A DNA stretch of 64,000 nucleotides, taken from positions 370,016,001-370,080,000 of the forward strand of contig OZ024743.1 of assembly GCA_964016885.1 (NCBI GenBank), in the 5' to 3' direction. Below the pieces are notes generated by a model. That model saw only the letters and a list, made by a program, of their open reading frames with translations. It was not told the DNA's origin and searched no databases. Position 1 is the first letter of the stretch, and every line of letters begins with the position of its first letter. Below, one piece after another: positions 57,900 through 64,000 of the stretch. Origin of the DNA: Eledone cirrhosa (Eukaryota). Position numbers and translations under genes: made by a program.

Positions 57900-58925
57900 G
57901 TTAGCTTTTATTACCTCATCTCAAGTCTTCCTAGGCCTGCCCACTCCATGACTACCATCAACTTTGAGCGCTCTCCACCTTTTTATACAGTTGTCATCCT
58001 TCATATGTCTCACATGTCCATACCAACACAATCTTCTCTCCTGCATGTAGCAACTGATCCCTCTTATACCTAATTTCTCACGCAGTACATTTATACTTTG
58101 CCGTTCACATATATTGCTATTGTACATCCAGCAAAGCATGGAGGCTTCATTTCTTTCCAATCTTCGCAGGTCCTCAGCACACTGTGCCCAGGTCTTGCTG
58201 CTATTCAACATTGCTGTTTGTATACATGCATCATACAGTCTGCTTTCATTTTGAAGGAATAAACCTTTTATAGTTAGTAACAGTAGTAGCTCCCTGAACT
58301 TTCACCAACCCGATCTCACTTTGGTTACTGTGCTTTCAAAACACCCTCACCCACTACTGATCTTGTCACCCAGGTAACAGAAACTATCTACCACTTCAAT
58401 TGAGCTCTCTGAGCATTTGAAGGTGATTGTATCCTGAGGGTTCTTGCTATTTATTGTCCCTGTGAACTGGCCACAAGTAAAACCTACATTCTTTGTTAGC
58501 CTGCCTGAGATCCCACTACATCTCTTGTGTACCCATTGCTCGCATTTGGTACATAGAATGGAATTTCCCCCTACTTCTTTTCTGCACACTGAGCAGGACC
58601 ATTTCCCAGAGGAGATCTGGGCCCTGTTTTCCTTTGTACTTACTAGGACTTTAGTCTTTGCCAGGTTGACTTTAAGATCTATAGATTCTAGGCCTTGCTT
58701 CCAGGTTTGGAATTTCATCTCTAGTTTAGCTATAGATTCGGCTATAAGCATTTGGTCATCAAAATACAGAAGTTCCCATGAGCAGCCAGTCTTAAACTCC
58801 TCCATTATTGCCTGCAGAACGATAATAAACAGAAGAGGCTAAGGACAGAGCCCTGATGGACACCAGCCTGCATGCTAAATTCTTCACTATAGTCATTGTT
58901 AATTCTAACCTTGCTGGCTATTCTT
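57900..58925 (-). mobile_element. RTE LINE RT fragment
   Basis: HQGS, LLYFDD, KVNLAKTKV, WVHKRCS, RRLCWYGH. Confidence 0.85.
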
Positions 58926-58927
58926 CT

Positions 58928-58971
<44 letters not shown>

Positions 58972-58975
<4 letters not shown>

Positions 58976-59190
58976 TTATTAAAATAACAGATTAAAGTTT
59001 AGGCAAAGAATCGCTGCTTTCACCCTTAACGGGATCTTCTGAAACAGAAGATCCCGTTAAGGGTGAAAGCAGCGATTCTTTGCTTAAACTTTAATCTGTT
59101 ATTTTAATAAATATTTGCTCTACGGTTCTTATATATTTGATATATATTTATCCTTATCGAGCCCTCTTTGGATTTTAGTGTTCAAATTTA
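58972..59190. mobile_element. PLE pseudo-LTR hairpin with CAGAAGA hammerhead-like motifs (58996-59045 -, 59045-59090 +) and tail
   Basis: Near-perfect inverted repeat 58972-59114. Homologous to 16839-16910. Confidence 0.7.
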
Positions 59191-59197
59191 TTATTAT

Positions 59198-59271
<74 letters not shown>

Positions 59272-59659
59272 TTCCTCATCTTCCTCCCTCTTCCTAGTCC
59301 CAAGACAAAAGTGCCCAGTCTCCACTTTAAAGGGGTCATGTCAGTGACATGACAAGGGTGCCCAGTCCACACTGTAAAGTGGTTTTGTAGGTGTCACGAC
59401 GAGAAGTGTCCATTCCACACTGTAAAGTGGTCGTGTAGGTGTCACGACAAAAAGTATCCAGTCCACACTGTAATGTAGTCATGTAGGTGACACGACAGAA
59501 AGCACCCGGCAAACACTGTAAATGTAGTTGGTGGCAGGAAGAGCTGTAGAAACCAGGCCAAAATCTACCCGAGTGAGCTAAACATGGTTCTCTGATCTGT
59601 TTTTTCCCTAAGGGTCAGTCTGACCTACCTCTGAAGATGGACATCAAACGACAAGGTTG

Positions 59660-60645
59660 AGGATATATATCACCATCATCATCATCATTACCATTTTACG
59701 TCCATTCTTCCACGCTAGCATGGGTTAGACAGGTTGTCCTGTTGTGGGCAATGTAAGGTCAGGTGACCATATCTTGCTGATATGGGAACTGATTTTGGCT
59801 TGATTTCTACAGCTGGATGCCCTTCCTAACACCAACCTCATTTACAGTGAGTACTGGGTGCTTTTTACAGTGGTGCCTACACAACCATTTTACAGTGTGG
59901 GCTGGGTGCTTTTTTGTCGTGCCACCTCCACGACCACTTTGCAGTGGGAGGGGTGGGGGAATATTGTCTATATGCTTCAGCTTCAGCTTGTACCCATGGA
60001 TAATAGGGTTTTCTGTGTTACTGCATAACACCAGAGGTCTTGGTCCTTTGTCATCACCTTCAAGAGGTGCAATTGGGCAAGGTCAGCTTTTATCACCTCA
60101 TCCCAGCTCTTCTTGGGTCTCCCCACTCCAAGGCTTCCAACAACTTTTAGTGCTCTGCACCTTTTTATGCAGCTGTCATCCTTCATACATGTCACATGTC
60201 CATACCAACGCAACCTCCTCTTCTGCACACAGTATTTGATTCCTCTTATGCTCAGTCTCTCTCTCAATTCGTTTATGCTTTGTCATTCGCGTATATTACT
60301 ATTACGCATCCATCATAGCATGGAACCTTTGTTTCTTTCTAATCTACACAAGTCTTCTGCAGATAGTGCCCAGGTCTCACTACCATGTAAACATTCCTGT
60401 TCGTATGCATGCATCATGCAGTCTGCCTTTCATTTTGAGGGAAAGTCCTTTTGCAGCTAACAGTGGTAATAGCTCCCTGAACTTCTTCCATCCCGTTTTT
60501 ACCCTGGTTACTGTACTTTCAGAACAGCCACCTCCACTGCTAGGTAGCAGAAGCTGTCTACTGTTTCTACAGAGCCCTCCCAGAATTTGGTAGTGCTTGT
60601 TTCCTGTGGCCATTTGCTGCTTACTGTCCCGGTGTAGCTGCTCGC
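59660..60645 (-). mobile_element. RTE LINE 3' fragment with tail
   Basis: KGRLHDACIR, RRLRWYGHV, GRPKKSW, (gat)n end. Confidence 0.8.
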
Positions 60646-61775
60646 AAATATATATATATATATGTGTGTGTATATCATTATCATGCTATATGCATTATAT
60701 ATATATATATTATGCTTTTACCACAAATCATCCAGCCCACACTGTAAAGTGATTGTGTAGGTGTCACACAAAAAGCACCCAGCCCACACTGTAATGTGGT
60801 TGGCGTTAAAACCAGCCAGAAACACTCCTATATGTGTGAGACATGGTCACCCGACCCAACGTGCCTCTAAATGGGACAAACCCATCTAACCCATGCTAGC
60901 GTGAAACAATAGATGTTAACTGATAATAATTGTTTCTACTTTTGACACAAGGCCAGCAATTATCCTAGTGTATTACTGGTACTTTATTTTATCGACTCCG
61001 TAAGGATGAAAGGCAAAGTTAACCTCGGCGGGATTTATGATGATGATATAGATACATACATCCTAAACGGACGGTAGTCCGTTTAGTAATATTGTTGTGG
61101 TCGTGTTTTCGTTGGCAATCGTCTGTTTACGACAGTACAGCGCGGCTCTACTTTATTTAACTGAGATAAAACTTATATGAGCATGAAGAGTAGATCATTA
61201 CGCATCTTTTGGCTTAAAAATCTATAAATTTGGTCCATTGGGAAAAAGTTTATAATCAAAGTTTGCTGATAAATCTTGTGTTCAAGTGAGTGAATAGTAA
61301 GCGTGACGCTAAGGGAGGCAATCCAGAAATGACGAATTTTTTCGGCGGAACTCTTGTGATTGTGATTACGTTATCCAATTTTCAGTGATTCAATGGGCAT
61401 TTTATCAGAGATGATAAGGTATTTGACCACGTTTTGCTTTGTAAGTAAATTGGAGAGAATCACTGCAGTCAAAGTCATTTCTTTGCATGGGTTTTTGTCC
61501 ATTCTAAAAAGTTAAAATGATAAAGTATTACTACTATATAACTTACATCTATTGTTGTAACACCATTGAAATGCACAAGTTTCACCAATTCACTATTATG
61601 CACTAATCATCTCAAATGCATTCATGATTTACTAGCTTTGTCATTAAGCCAGTTGCCTCAACTAGATTGCAATTATACTCAAAAGAACTTTAAAATGTCA
61701 ATCACTTGTCAGTAATTCACTATGATCATTTAATTATTAGATAGTTGTTGCTTGCATTGCCTTAAAAAATAGTAG

Positions 61776-62859
61776 ACCAGATAGAAAAATGCGTACAGCA
61801 AAAAAAAAGTAATATTGTTGGAATATAAACCTTTAAAAATACAGGACAAGAAACTAAAATAAAACTTTAAAAGAATAGGACAAGAAACTAAGATAAAACT
61901 TTAAAAGAATAGGACAAGAAACTAAGATAAAACTTTAAAGAATTGGACAAGAAATAAAAAATGTTTCAATAATATTAGTGGCAAAATTTTTTTATTCGTT
62001 TCCTGTGCTATGCCCCAGTATCTTCTTGATTAGTGCATAATAATTGTCATGCTCTCATTGTGCGTTGCCCCTGAGCGGTTGGTTCTGGTTGGGGTTGGTT
62101 GGCTGAGCAGTTCTGCTCCGTCAGAATGACCATTGCAAGAAGAATTGGCCGATGCAGCTGCAGGTCTCCTCCAAGAATGCACTTCTGGTCCCGCAACACC
62201 AGACGAAGATGGAGAAGACGACCGGGACAAGATGTCGACTCTGACCACCGACTACGGCACCTCCCTCAACCACCGGTCCTCCCTCCCTCTGTCCCGTCAT
62301 CCCTCCAGTCCACCTGCTCTCCCTTCCTGTACCAGAAAGCTGTGGCACGCATTCATCTGGACTGCCGGACTTGAACTCAAGGACAAGATGGACGGGTTGG
62401 TCAAGATCAAGGATGAGCGGGACGACAAGACCGTCCGCTGCTGCTCAAGATCTGTGCTCATGGGCCCATGGGTCCATTCACATTATGCATGACACATGAG
62501 GCGTGTCGCCGAATGATGAAATAGGGGTATGGTTATAGCCCAATTGGTGTTCAAACCAGGATCAAATGATCCCCCCGGTCTGACGACGACCTCTGAATGT
62601 GGAAACCAGAGCCTATGAATGTGGAACTCGATTTTTTACCAATAAAAATTTTGCCACTAATATTATTGTAAATTTTTTTATTTCTTGTCCAATTCTTTAA
62701 AGTTTTATCTTAGTTTCTTGTCCTATTTTTTTAAAGTTTTATCTTAGTTTCTTGTCCTATTCTTTTAAAGTTTTATTTTAGTTTCTTGTCCTGTATTTTT
62801 AAAGGTTTATATTCCAACAATATTACTTTTTTTTTGCTGTACGCATTTTTCTATCTGGT
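61776..62859. mobile_element. Foldback/MITE-like DNA element with ~220-bp TIRs built from 34-bp subrepeats
   Basis: 61776-61996 is the reverse complement of 62641-62859. aggacaagaaac repeats at 61843, 61877 and 61911. Confidence 0.8.
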
Positions 62860-64000
62860 ATATATATATGTATGCTTTCTTGACCAATTTTTCAGTTTTG
62901 TATGGCGTTTTAACATATTTTTTAGCTGTGGCTTTTCAACTATGGAGCGCTTGCCAGCATAATTCTGATTTTTGCGTTTCGTTTCGCTTTTTCTACCCGC
63001 CGAAATGCGATTCTCGCTGAATTTATATTTTTATATATATATATAAAATGTATATATATAAAATCAACATCCCCAGTAACTTATATTATGAACAACCACC
63101 TATTTATTTATTATTTATTTATAAATCAACATCCCTCGTAACTCATATTATAAACAAACTATCCTTTTAATAAAAAAATTCATATGCTATTATTAAAATA
63201 TATATAGATATTTATATATTATTATAATAAGATAAATATTATTATAATAAGATAAATTCCAGCATAGTTACGTCCCTTTACGATCTGAGTTCAAATCCCG
63301 CCGAGGTTGACTTTGCCTTTCATCCTTACGCGGTCGATAAAATAAAGTACCAGTAATGCACTGGTTGATTGCTGGCCTTGTGCCTAAAGTAGAAACAATT
63401 ATAATAAGATAAATAATTCTCCATATAAATATAGATAAATGTCTTAATATATTTCCCCTAAATTAACATTTAAGTGGTCTTCCTTTTCCTTCTTCTTACC
63501 TTCCTTCTTCTTTAACAATTTTTGTTTGATAATTTATATAACTTCGTTAAATTAACAATATTCTGAAAACATCTCAATGTTGAAAATTTTTGAATCCACA
63601 AATTATTCTAATCTCACAACTTAAAATTTCAACACATTTGTTATATACATTTGTTATATACATTTGTTATATACATTCGTTATATAAAAAATCAATACAC
63701 ACGCAACTTATTAATATATATAATGATATTTATATACATATAACCTATCCTAATGTAATAAGATAAAAATACTTACAACCATAAGTCTTCATATAATTTA
63801 TATACAATATTACTCATAATATAGGTAACAAATTTTTTCCCCCAAATTAACGTTATTCCTCTCTCTTTCTCTTCCTTCCTTATCACAATTATTTAAATTT
63901 TCCATAGCGTCTAAAATAACATCTTTTCAGCCCTTTAATATAAACATCATTTGCATACTCATATAATAATTTTAAATAACTGGCCTTTCTTCTCTCTTCC

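Noticed and set aside
61843-61945. 34-bp repeats resembling a CRISPR array
   Set aside because: No unique spacers; they are TIR subrepeats in eukaryotic DNA

Overview
AT-rich, microsatellite-dominated animal genomic DNA. It is most consistent with an octopod cephalopod; this is an inference from the tRNA-derived SINEs, the RTE LINEs with (GAT)n tails and the (TA)n/(TG)n load. Most ORF-track entries are microsatellite artefacts. The window is packed with Penelope-like retroelement (PLE) insertions. Most are Hydra-type (YRDD RT, CxCx5C linker, C-terminal GIY-YIG); two are Neptune/Nematis-type. They sit in (TA)n tracts and many show the typical 5'-inverted pseudo-LTR structure. Reading the pseudo-LTRs by eye gives about 29 type I hammerhead ribozyme motifs from about 14 sequence families. 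These include core variants (CCGANGA, CAGAAGA, CUGAAGU), palindromic dimer-type stems III and very long stems II. Three of the hammerhead families lie in ORF-less head-to-tail units of 534, 660 and 740 nt (retrozyme-like, candidate circular RNAs), and one of these units is fused by microhomology to a Hydra RT. A covarying RCTC...GAGY hairpin recurs downstream of the ribozyme in many unrelated families. Also present: a circularly permuted unit carrying a tRNA-like domain, a non-coding LTR element, RTE and CRE LINE relics, SINEs, a foldback-type TIR element and exons of a host cyclic-nucleotide-binding-domain gene. All structures were derived manually, with no folding or database searches, and boundaries inside microsatellites are approximate.
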